DNA of 64,000 nucleotides, from assembly GCA_000146045.2 (NCBI GenBank), contig BK006944.2:448001-512000 (forward strand), given 5' to 3'. Of the stretch, positions 10,140 through 18,960 are shown piece after piece. Numbering within the stretch: position 1 is the first letter of the stretch; each line of letters begins with the position of its first letter. The notes beneath the pieces were generated by a model, which saw only the letters and a list, made by a program, of their open reading frames with translations, was not told where the DNA came from and searched no databases. The position numbers and the translations under genes are program-made. This DNA is from TPA_inf: Saccharomyces. Its lineage: Eukaryota.

Positions 10140-10471
10140 TGAGAAATGGGTGAATGTTGAGATAATTGTTGGGATTCCATTGTTGATAAAGGCTATAATA
10201 TTAGGTATACAGAATATACTAGAAGTTCTCCTCTCCGGTCTAGGAATCCCCAAAATGGAATCTATATTTCTACATACTAATATTACGATTATTCCTCATT
10301 CCGTTTTATATGTTTCATTATCCTATTACATTATCAATCCTTGCACTTCAGCTTCCTCTAACTTCGATGACAGCTTCTCATAACTTATGTCATCATCTTA
10401 ACACCGTATATGATAATATATTGATAATATAACTATTAGTTGATAGACGATAGTGGATTTTTATTCCAACA
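10140..10471 (-). mobile_element. Intact solo delta LTR (Ty1/Ty2 class, 332 bp) in minus orientation, flanked by a 5-bp CATAT target-site duplication (10135-10139 and 10472-10476)
   Basis: Near-identical over its whole length to the reverse complement of the delta LTR consensus as I recall it (TGAGAAATGGGTGAATGTTGAGATAATTGTTGGGATTCC ... GATAGTGGATTTTTATTCCAACA). Has TG..CA termini and a direct CATAT repeat on both flanks. Confidence 0.85.
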
Positions 10472-10556
10472 CATATAAAGTTTAGAAAGATGACATAAAG
10501 ATTAACTTAATACATGACTGGGTATACTTGAATTCTAAAATTTTCAACAAATAAGT

Positions 10557-10670
10557 GGTTGTTTGGCCGAGCGGTCTAAGGCGCCTGATTCAAGAAATAT
10601 CTTGACCGCAGTTAACTGTGGGAATACTCAGGTATCGTAAGATGCAAGAGTTCGAATCTCTTAGCAACCA
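10557..10670 (+). tRNA. tL(CAA)K: tRNA-Leu (anticodon CAA) with a 32-nt intron (10595..10626)
   Basis: GGTTGTTTGGCCGAGCGGTCTAAGGCGCCTGATTCAAG[intron]CTCAGGTATCGTAAGATGCAAGAGTTCGAATCTCTTAGCAACCA. The acceptor stem pairs GGTTGTT with AGCAACC, followed by discriminator A. A- and B-box features are present. LTR debris lies 85 bp upstream. Confidence 0.92.
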
Positions 10671-10673
10671 TAT

Positions 10674-10686
10674 TTTATATTTTTTT
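10674..10686 (+). terminator. Pol III terminator T-tract downstream of tRNA-Leu
   Basis: ttttatatttttt, with a T6 run 11 nt after the tRNA 3' end. Confidence 0.7.
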
Positions 10687-10923
10687 ATATTGTGTTCAAC
10701 AATGAACAATAATGACGAATAATCCAGAATGATATAAACGTCCATGAATAAAAGTCCGTTATAATCATATATAATTGATGCATACCGTACGCTATTAGTT
10801 CTCTTTTGTTGGTTGCTTTTGAAGATTTAATTATGATATCATTAACCAGTCTAAAAAATTACTACAATTCGCCAAGAATATTTAAGATATGGTTGAGAGA
10901 TCCCAACATAATTACTGACAGAC

Positions 10924-13239
10924 TTACTGGTCGTCTTCATCACTTTCAACATATTTAGGTGTTTGGTACTTCTTTGTATTTATTTCATTGTCATCCACAT
11001 CCAGCATTGGTTTTCCATTAGAATTTCCAGCTGGTCCATGACTTGTTTTGAAATTAATTTTTTTAACTTGCACGTTCCTCGAATCAGAATCATCATCCGA
11101 ATCATCTGAGGAAGAGCTATCCAATGAAGATTCAAGTGACATGGAAGAAGAAGAAGAAGGTGAAGAATGCGACCTGGTAACCTTGACTTTCTTGAGCTGC
11201 GGTGTTCTTTCTAAACTGGACGGTATCGCTTGGCCATTTTTTCTTTTTCCAGGAGTTGAATTCATAACTGGCAACTTGGGTGAGACTTGTTCTTGTTCCT
11301 GAGCCGTACTATTAGAAGTTGCCTCCACTTTGTCTTTACTATTATCAACAGGATCTCTCATTAATTTGACTACTTTTATGGTCGAAGCTGCATTTGGCGG
11401 TTTCCCAGCATTGGCAAAAATATCTTTTAGGGATCTATTCCCCATATTTCTTTTTCTTTTAAACTCTATAACTTTCGATCCAACATCATCAGTTTTTCGT
11501 TTCACTTTTATTTTACCAAATTTTGCGAATTTCTCACCGGAAATAATGGTATTGGGATCATCAAAGTGCTTTGTTTCCAGACTTACCCCTTTTGAAGTTA
11601 TGGATTTGGGTTTATCTTTCTTCATTATTCCAAATTTTCCGTAATATGGTTCCGTAATACTATTCCTTTTTTGGACCTTAGTTTCCCCAGTTGGCTTGAA
11701 CCTATTTAGTTTCCGAATAGTTTCTTGTATTTTTACGTCTTTTGCATGCGAAGTAGATGACGCAGCACCCAATGATTTATCAGGAAACTCCTTCTCAACA
11801 AGTCGAAATAGGGCTTCCTTACCTTGACTTTGATGTAACCGATTATTCAATTCTTTTTCAGGAAAAAAGGGAGGAGAAACAACATTTTTGGTACTTTGAG
11901 TACTTTGTACTGCATTTTCAATATCACTGTTGAATGAAACGCTATCCAAGTCGGAATTGATATCCCGAAATCCCATCGATGCCTTCTTAGAATTGTTGAT
12001 AAACGAATCCGCACGATCATTATCGGTTTCATTAAAATCCTCTTCATCTGAAAATGCTTCTATCCTTCTACAATTCTCACCTATATCTTTGTCGTTCAAT
12101 GGCAGATCATCACCTTTTTTGTTTTGAACTTTAATTTCTAAGGAACTCTTCCTGGGACTATGAGCACCACTAGAGGGGTTAGAATATTGTATATGCATAT
12201 CAGAATTAGTATGAGAAGTAGTGCTCAATTGGAAGTCGGTATCAATCGAATCAAACGAAATTTGAGGGGAGTTTTCATCTGCGGGTTCATAATCAGCATC
12301 TTCTGACGAATTGCGTAAAAGATCTAAATCCTTTGATTCGGCCCTTTTAGCGCCATCATTTTTCTGTTGTTGAGTGGATGAAGGTATATTTTCTTTATTG
12401 TTATCACTCCCTTGCGTTACAACTCCCTCTTTAGCACGAGCGTGATCTTTTACGTCTTTGTGTACATTTGATGCCACTACTGTGGAAGTAAGTGGCATGG
12501 GACACTTTTCTTTATTCAGTGCATCATACTTGCTTGCAAGCGGTAGAATTTCGTTCATTAGCGGCGTTGATACTCTTGATTTATTAATGAAGTTATTCTT
12601 GAGCGAGCTTTTAGCTATTAGATGCATTGTATCTTTATTTGATATAGAAGATAAGTCTTCCTTAGAGATCTTTTTTCTCTTTTCAGTAACGATGGATTTT
12701 GTGGATGGCTTGTTGTCCTGCCGTCTCCGCTGTCTTGCCAATTGTAAAAGTGAAATATGTTGATTTCTACTCCAGTCTAATTCATCTTTTAAAATTACCA
12801 AAACCACACCATCATTTTCAAATACGTCTTTTATTATAAATTCAGAGTCCAAATCACAACCATGCCTATCTTGTAGAGATACGATTTCAATGGATTCTTT
12901 GAAATTTGGATAAAGTCTATCAAATTTAGTTAAAATTTCATTAGATAGTTGTAAAAGGGTATTGTCACCGTCCGTAAAATGTAAAAACTTTTTACAATTC
13001 GGGAGGTAGTTAATGAAATCACTACTACGATTCGACTGAATAGAATTTTGCGAAGACGGGCTCGTAGGAGAGGGGTCGCTACAGTTATTGATACTGTTGT
13101 TGTGCGTAATTATATCTTCATTATACTGGACCATAGGAGACACTGATTGTGGAGTATTCAAGCGTGCTTCGAGAAATGTGATAATATCTTGAGCACTTGG
13201 CGGCACCAGTACAATCTGTAACCTCCACATTTTTATCAT
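10924..13239 (-). CDS. TOF2: Nucleolar rDNA-silencing / Cdc14-release protein (Net1 paralog), 771 aa, with Ser/Asp-rich acidic C-terminus
   Basis: 771-aa ORF. Low-complexity S/D-rich tail. Position is between tL(CAA)K and YKR011C. Confidence 0.85.
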   Translation of the reverse strand: MIKMWRLQIVLVPPSAQDIITFLEARLNTPQSVSPMVQYNEDIITHNNSINNCSDPSPTSPSSQNSIQSNRSSDFINYLPNCKKFLHFTDGDNTLLQLSNEILTKFDRLYPNFKESIEIVSLQDRHGCDLDSEFIIKDVFENDGVVLVILKDELDWSRNQHISLLQLARQRRRQDNKPSTKSIVTEKRKKISKEDLSSISNKDTMHLIAKSSLKNNFINKSRVSTPLMNEILPLASKYDALNKEKCPMPLTSTVVASNVHKDVKDHARAKEGVVTQGSDNNKENIPSSTQQQKNDGAKRAESKDLDLLRNSSEDADYEPADENSPQISFDSIDTDFQLSTTSHTNSDMHIQYSNPSSGAHSPRKSSLEIKVQNKKGDDLPLNDKDIGENCRRIEAFSDEEDFNETDNDRADSFINNSKKASMGFRDINSDLDSVSFNSDIENAVQSTQSTKNVVSPPFFPEKELNNRLHQSQGKEALFRLVEKEFPDKSLGAASSTSHAKDVKIQETIRKLNRFKPTGETKVQKRNSITEPYYGKFGIMKKDKPKSITSKGVSLETKHFDDPNTIISGEKFAKFGKIKVKRKTDDVGSKVIEFKRKRNMGNRSLKDIFANAGKPPNAASTIKVVKLMRDPVDNSKDKVEATSNSTAQEQEQVSPKLPVMNSTPGKRKNGQAIPSSLERTPQLKKVKVTRSHSSPSSSSSMSLESSLDSSSSDDSDDDSDSRNVQVKKINFKTSHGPAGNSNGKPMLDVDDNEINTKKYQTPKYVESDEDDQ

Positions 13240-13634
13240 TTACTTATTTGAACCAAACACCAAGGAGGGCAAAGGATATTATAAGAAATGTGGCAAAAGA
13301 TTGGCGTATTTATTGAATGCTTGTATAATTGGGTAGCTAACCAAAAATGACTTGTTTTCCTTCTTCAGCGAAACTAATAAATAAACAAACAAACAAATTA
13401 GGACCATCTTGCATTTGAGATCTGAAGAATATGAAAAAAATTATATAACAGTATCGTATAATGCGACTTTTTTTCGTGATGCCTATGTAACAATAGTAGA
13501 GAAAAAACAGGTCACATTTCTATAAATGATTGAATAATTGGTTCTATATACGTACATACTTTTGGAGTTTTACTTTTATTCTCTTGATTTAATGGATGTA
13601 GATGCTATAAAAAGACATGTTTTCCCGGAAATAG

Positions 13635-14696
13635 TTAAAATGATATTTTGCCATTTTTATGCGGATGATGGCTATTAGGAGGGTTTTTAGTGATTTTTTT
13701 TTTTTCCACAAGCTGAAATTTTCGAGGTCTTTGTCTCGACCAGGCTCTCAAGTCAAAAGTTTCATAGTCTTCGGCCATCAATTTAAAATAGCTTTCAAAA
13801 TTTGACTTGATCAGATCGTTTGTAGCACTTGAATGCATGAAATTCACGTTTGGTTTAGACTCAGGACCTTTATAGATGTAGTCTGTCGAGACAGCCTCAT
13901 CATCGGTACTCAAAGATGAAGGAGACAGCGAATTTACCGGAGAAAAATGTCTTGATTCGCTTTCCAGAGATGCGGAAGGCTCATTGTTTGAGCACGATGC
14001 CAAACTATTTTCCTTAAGATTTTGTTCCTGGATGTTATACTTTTTCTTCATCGAGTTATGATAATTTTTTAAAGTTGTTGTCAAAAGTCGCTTATTCGAT
14101 AAAACTTTGGTCTTTATGATAGCAATAGAAACAATATTTTTGAAGTTATCGAAAACCTCCATGTTGAACTGTTCCTGTTTTTTCTTTTGTTTGGCAATGC
14201 TTTGACATATTTTATCATATTGAGACCAAAATTGTTCAACGTTTAGTTTTGAGAGATCTCTATTCATTTTTTCTAGACAATTTTGTAACCAGGCCCGTTT
14301 ATCATAATTTTTAAATCGTTGATCATTCTGGAAAACCTCCTTCCAGGAAGTGTTCTTAACCACGTTAGCGTCGTTATCCACGTACAACAAGGCAGACAAC
14401 TTATTTAATTGCCAACGACCATCAGATTTCCAAATGAAAAAGGTGTCACTTATTTCTTCATATTCGAGAATGTAGAAATGGGGAATACAATTCGGCTTCA
14501 AATATGCGGGTGCACAATCTATCTTCAAATTTTCTGTTATGGTCTCAGAAGTTTGCAACTCAATCCCGTACAATTCTTGAATAGAATGCACGAACTTGAT
14601 AACCTGAGTTAAAGTGAGACCTTCCTTAATACAGGTCAATTTAACACGTGGTTGTTCTTCACCAGCGTATAAGTAAACGGTTTCTAACTTGGACAT
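13635..14696 (-). CDS. Uncharacterised protein YKR011C, 353 aa
   Basis: 353-aa ORF at the expected position and of the expected length. Confidence 0.8.
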   Translation of the reverse strand: MSKLETVYLYAGEEQPRVKLTCIKEGLTLTQVIKFVHSIQELYGIELQTSETITENLKIDCAPAYLKPNCIPHFYILEYEEISDTFFIWKSDGRWQLNKLSALLYVDNDANVVKNTSWKEVFQNDQRFKNYDKRAWLQNCLEKMNRDLSKLNVEQFWSQYDKICQSIAKQKKKQEQFNMEVFDNFKNIVSIAIIKTKVLSNKRLLTTTLKNYHNSMKKKYNIQEQNLKENSLASCSNNEPSASLESESRHFSPVNSLSPSSLSTDDEAVSTDYIYKGPESKPNVNFMHSSATNDLIKSNFESYFKLMAEDYETFDLRAWSRQRPRKFQLVEKKKITKNPPNSHHPHKNGKISF

Positions 14697-15260
14697 GGTT
14701 TCCTTTCTTTGTACTTGGTATTTCTTCTTCTTTTTCTAGCTGTCTGTATGAGTACTTAACTGTAACAGAATAGTAATGGGTTCAGGCTAAATCTCTTTAA
14801 TTATGGCACCTTTATGCTGATATAAATCCCTATACATTTCTTAGGGGTGTGTTTTGGTTTTTGGTCTCATAGTTTTGACAGCACGTTGGAACGCCACTCA
14901 TGCCTTAAAAGGCCGGGTAATGATTTATAGTCCAATTATATCACAGCACTACAAGACGTCAAAAATTCACGGCGGCAAAAGGTCTGTAACTACCTAAACA
15001 TTAAAAGCCTTTGAGCTATAAATCATTATGTACACTGAGAATGCCACATGCTAAAACAAGGAAGTTTTCAGCGAAGTAGCACATTAACTGACCACTCAAT
15101 AGAAAGAAAACAGAAAGTGGAATGGATGGCCACTTTCATGTTATCAGTGGTGATTACTTGATGACAAAATAACGCTATTCGAGAGCGAGCTATAATTCTT
15201 GACCAACTGGCTCGACCTTCTTCGTCATACTGTAGATCAAAATTCTACCATTACTGGATT

Positions 15261-15283
15261 CTTTTTTTTTTTTTTTTTTTTTT
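15261..15283. repeat. poly(dT)23 homopolymer tract in the YKR011C/PRY2 divergent promoter
   Basis: A run of 23 T read directly. poly(dA:dT) tracts exclude nucleosomes. Confidence 0.9.
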
Positions 15284-15581
15284 GGGCTAGCTATGAACGT
15301 TTCCTAGTCCCGCTCACGCATTCTAGTTCTGCATTGGGTAAAAGAAAGCATATCATTAAGCGGCAGTTTCGGGTCGTTCTAGCCTCGAGCAAAACGAAGC
15401 TCAGCTCGCCTCTTTCACTATCATCCTGTGCTCACGTCCATGCGCATTCTTGGCAATTCTGCAGAGATCTCTCATCTGGGTCTTAGCGGTTCTCCGCACC
15501 CTGGCGATGTGCTTCGAGAACGTCTTTGTTCATCACATAGACTGCACTGCACTGCGCCATCATCTCGATCGATCGCGAGAC

Positions 15582-15603
15582 TTTCGCGGCGACATTCGCG
15601 AAA
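15582..15603. promoter_or_regulatory. Inverted pair of CGCGAAA (SCB/MCB-type, SBF/MBF) motifs: TTTCGCG-gcgacatt-CGCGAAA, about 360 bp upstream of PRY2
   Basis: Both heptamers match CRCGAAA and are read directly from the sequence. Confidence 0.45.
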
Positions 15604-15738
15604 TGCCAAATGAAATCGAGCCGGCCTCGTGAAAAGGTGTAAAAAAAGAAAACGCATCACTGAAATGGACCCCGTTATGAAACGAATGAGAGATCTGCCC
15701 ATAGATCATCTTTCCTATAGCGGGAATAAACATGTGTG

Positions 15739-16128
15739 CTATTTACAGTACATTTCGTGTATCTCACGCACTTCTCTATATGTAATGTTTTTGAAACATA
15801 GACGTCGTTCAAAGGCAATGCTTTTGATCTTTGTATATATATATGCTTGTCGCAGAGTGTTACATATTGCTGTGATGGATCTGTTGGCTCTTGGTATCAT
15901 CGTTCCTCGAAACAGCCCATCATAAAACAATACCATTCCTTTAATAAAACTTACAAAGATGAAATTTTCTAAAGTCTCACTACTGGCCGCATCTGCATCT
16001 GTCGCTTTATCTGCCCCAGTTGCTGTGACTGTCACGCAACATGTCCACCAAGCTGCCACTGTAGTGGTACAAGGTATAGTTCGTGTAGAAAATGGCCAGA
16101 CTCTAACGACGTTCATTACCAAGGGCAC
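15739..16128 (-). other. Dubious ORF antisense to and overlapping the PRY2 5' region (corresponds to YKR012C). Probably non-coding.
   Basis: 129-aa ORF of Cys/Thr-rich low-complexity composition that overlaps the PRY2 start on the opposite strand. Confidence 0.3.
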
Positions 16129-16948
16129 TCAAACGGCTTCTGCTAGTCCCGTTGCCACAACATCAGCTCCTATTGTGGTTGCTAATGCTCAAGTGGACAG
16201 CATAGCTACTTCCGTTATCCAAGAAAGCGCTGTCGTGGCTGAATCTGCAACATTTGAAGAATCCTCTACAGAAACATCTGAAGCATTTTCTACAGCAACT
16301 GCAACCATACAAGCGGTGCAAACCTCCGCAAGTGCCACACAGGATGATGTAACCACAACTTTAACATCTTCAACACAACCTACCAGCACAACTACTCCAA
16401 CAACCACTACCACTAGCCCAACCACTACCACTAGCCCAACTACTACCGCTAGTCCAACTACTACTGCTAGCCCAACCACCGCTACCACCACTCAATCTAC
16501 CGCCTCAAGCACTCAATCCTCAAGCTCCGATTTCTCAACGTCAATGGTTAACGAACACAACACTAAAAGGGCGTTGCACAAGGATACCGGTTCTTTGACA
16601 TGGTCTGACACACTAGCAACATATGCACAAAACTACGCTGACTCCTACGATTGTTCAGGCAACCTAGTCCACTCCGGCGGTCCATACGGTGAAAACTTGG
16701 CACTTGGTTACGGTACGACCGGCTCTGTTGATGCCTGGTATAACGAAATTACCAGCTACGACTATTCCAACCCTGGTTTTAGTGAAAGCGCAGGTCACTT
16801 CACCCAAGTCGTATGGAAGGGAACTTCTGAAGTTGGTTGCGGTTTGAAATCTTGCGGTGGCGAATGGGGCGATTACATCATTTGTTCCTACAAAGCCGCT
16901 GGTAATGTCATTGGTGAGTTTGCTGACAACGTTATGCCATTAGCTTAA
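15959..16948 (+). CDS. PRY2: Secreted CAP/PR-1 family sterol-binding protein, 329 aa: signal peptide, Ser/Thr-rich linker, C-terminal CAP domain
   Basis: 329-aa ORF. N-terminal MKFSKVSLLAASASVALSAP is signal-like. CAP motifs present: HYTQVVW-like (GHFTQVVWKGT) and CGENL (YGENLA). Confidence 0.9.
   Translation: MKFSKVSLLAASASVALSAPVAVTVTQHVHQAATVVVQGIVRVENGQTLTTFITKGTQTASASPVATTSAPIVVANAQVDSIATSVIQESAVVAESATFEESSTETSEAFSTATATIQAVQTSASATQDDVTTTLTSSTQPTSTTTPTTTTTSPTTTTSPTTTASPTTTASPTTATTTQSTASSTQSSSSDFSTSMVNEHNTKRALHKDTGSLTWSDTLATYAQNYADSYDCSGNLVHSGGPYGENLALGYGTTGSVDAWYNEITSYDYSNPGFSESAGHFTQVVWKGTSEVGCGLKSCGGEWGDYIICSYKAAGNVIGEFADNVMPLA
16406..16477. repeat. In-frame 18-bp minisatellite (4 copies of ACTACCACTAGCCCAACC, encoding TTTSPT) within the PRY2 Ser/Thr-rich linker. 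Degenerate copies extend over about 16393-16495.
   Basis: Direct tandem repeats read from the sequence. They create the spurious antisense ORF 16189..16491. Confidence 0.85.
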
Positions 16949-17174
16949 TCACTGAATTTAGCGAATACATGGGTATGGACATGAACAGCAATGGGCACTG
17001 TTCCTTCTCTTACATTTCTCTTTTATAGTTTCAATTTTTATTATACACTAAGGATTCTTCTTTTCTAGGGTACGCAAATTAAATGCAAGCAAGATCATAT
17101 AACATTGTCATAGTCTCATGCATGGTAAATAGGGTGAACGAAAAAAATTGGGAGATCTTGCCGACGGCTACGTA

Positions 17175-17210
17175 TATATATATATATATATAAATATATA
17201 TATATATATT
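17175..17210. repeat. (TA)n microsatellite in the PRY2/YPT52 3' intergenic region
   Basis: tatatatatatatatataaatatatatatatatat. Confidence 0.9.
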
Positions 17211-17366
17211 CATGTATACTGTATATGTACAATCATATATAAAGTTACTCTTCCCTTTTCTTTTTTTTTTTACATTATTACGTATATACTGCTTTATTAT
17301 CGGAAAGTAGCAGTTTAATTAAAGCAACTTCTGTTGTTTTTCCTCTAAAACACAAATCATAGGATA

Positions 17367-18071
17367 TCAACTGCAACAAGATGTTGGATCATTTGTGGAT
17401 GGCCTTTGCAAATTAATGTCTACTTGTCCGTTATTGCCTCCACCGATTTGTCTATTTTGCTTAGAGAGAATTTCGTCTTTCTTTAAATCGTATAATTTTT
17501 CACCAATATCTTGAAAAATTTCCTTAACCCCTTCACCTGTCTTAGCACTAACTTCTCGGAACAGCAACCCTTGTTCTTGTGCGTACTGTTTCGCTTCTTC
17601 AGTGCTAATTGCTCTTACTTTTTGTTCTTCATCTCCACCTTCGTTTGAATCTGGGCTTGTCTCAGTGCTAGGCGTTTCTTGACATAAATCCACTTTGTTT
17701 CCCAGTAAATAAATAACCAAGTCGTCGTCGCCTACCTTATTTTTCAGCTCATCAACCCAGTTCCTTGCCTTTTGTAGTGAATCTTCCTGCGTAATGTCAT
17801 AAACAACTAATGCTGCATTAGCGTTTCTATAATACATTGGTGCCAATGACTTGTATCTTTCTTGACCAGCAGTATCCCAGATTTCAAATTTTATAACGAC
17901 ATCCTTTGTTTCATTACCATCGTTTGGGTGAATAGTGATTGATTGAGATAAAAAAGCAGCACCAATCGTACTTTCACGTAGTTCATCGAATGTATCCTTA
18001 ACAAAACGATGAACAATGGAAGATTTACCCACGGATGAGTCACCCAATAAAACTAGTTTAAATTGCAACAT
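17367..18071 (-). CDS. YPT52: Rab5-family endosomal GTPase, 234 aa, C-terminal CCS prenylation motif
   Basis: P-loop [14 protein letters not shown] and NKVD motifs present. Ends ...CCS. 234 aa. Confidence 0.9.
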   Translation of the reverse strand: MLQFKLVLLGDSSVGKSSIVHRFVKDTFDELRESTIGAAFLSQSITIHPNDGNETKDVVIKFEIWDTAGQERYKSLAPMYYRNANAALVVYDITQEDSLQKARNWVDELKNKVGDDDLVIYLLGNKVDLCQETPSTETSPDSNEGGDEEQKVRAISTEEAKQYAQEQGLLFREVSAKTGEGVKEIFQDIGEKLYDLKKDEILSKQNRQIGGGNNGQVDINLQRPSTNDPTSCCS

Positions 18072-18960
18072 CTGTTAATAATATATACGTTTACTCCAAA
18101 TAAGTTAAACCTTCTTCCTACCCTCGCACTATAAAAAAAAATTTAGATATGTCCAGAGCTCGATATCGAAGCGACTTAACAAATAATTAATACTGACAGT
18201 TGGTAAACGGGCCTGTTCCCTTCACTCCCGTATGTTAACATTGTAACTTCATATCGCAGGGGCAGAGCTTTATAAACCTGAATTGTCCGGCCAGAATAGT
18301 AGTCGCTGTCCACGAAAGCAAGACACTATGAAGTTGCCGTTTGGTCTCAATGATACACATAGTGTTAAGAACATTGAGTAATTTGGAGTCAGATTGATTT
18401 CATTCCTTTACAATCGTGATGTGCCTATTTAATTCAAGGTCATGTGGATTTCAAAATTTAACATAATGATTTTACCTACCTTTCACACATTTGAACATGG
18501 GAACGCTTAAATATTAATTACTGTGCTTCACTACAATTACAAGAGAGTACGTATTGACGTTATTACCAGTTTACTTTCCATCATACTTATCGCAGAAAAC
18601 AAAATATCTAAAAAAAGTATAGTAAACGGTTGATGTCATCAAGAAGCATACCTTACTCCTTATATAGAAAGCTAAGAGACACCTAGAAACATTGATTTGC
18701 CAAAAATCCACATTCCTCGAAATGGGGCCTAAAATGTGCGCTAATGCGCTAATAAAGGTGATATAAAGTTCAAATCTTGAGTATACATATGACATACAAC
18801 CATAAGGCCTGATTATTGTCTATTTACTGCAATTTTCATCTTCAGTTCCAATCCACGGTATAATGAAATGTAATGCATCCTATCTTATTTTTGAATGTAT
18901 TATGTTAATCGTCACGTTTTGGTAATGATTTCTAGATGCGACTATAGCATTTTTGGCAAA

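Noticed and set aside
10150-10383. 77-aa ORF on the plus strand
   Set aside because: It lies entirely inside the solo delta LTR (antisense). LTRs commonly contain short accidental frames.
15290-15660. Possible foreign or engineered insertion, suggested by GC richness and multi-frame open reading
   Set aside because: The spacing between FOX2, tL(CAA)K, TOF2, YKR011C and PRY2 is exactly what I expect for the native chromosome. No flanking repeats or breakpoints are visible. It is more likely a native GC-rich promoter island. It is kept as a finding, not as an insertion.
16189-16491. 100-aa antisense ORF (VVVGLAVVV repeats)
   Set aside because: An artefact of the PRY2 in-frame minisatellite read on the opposite strand.
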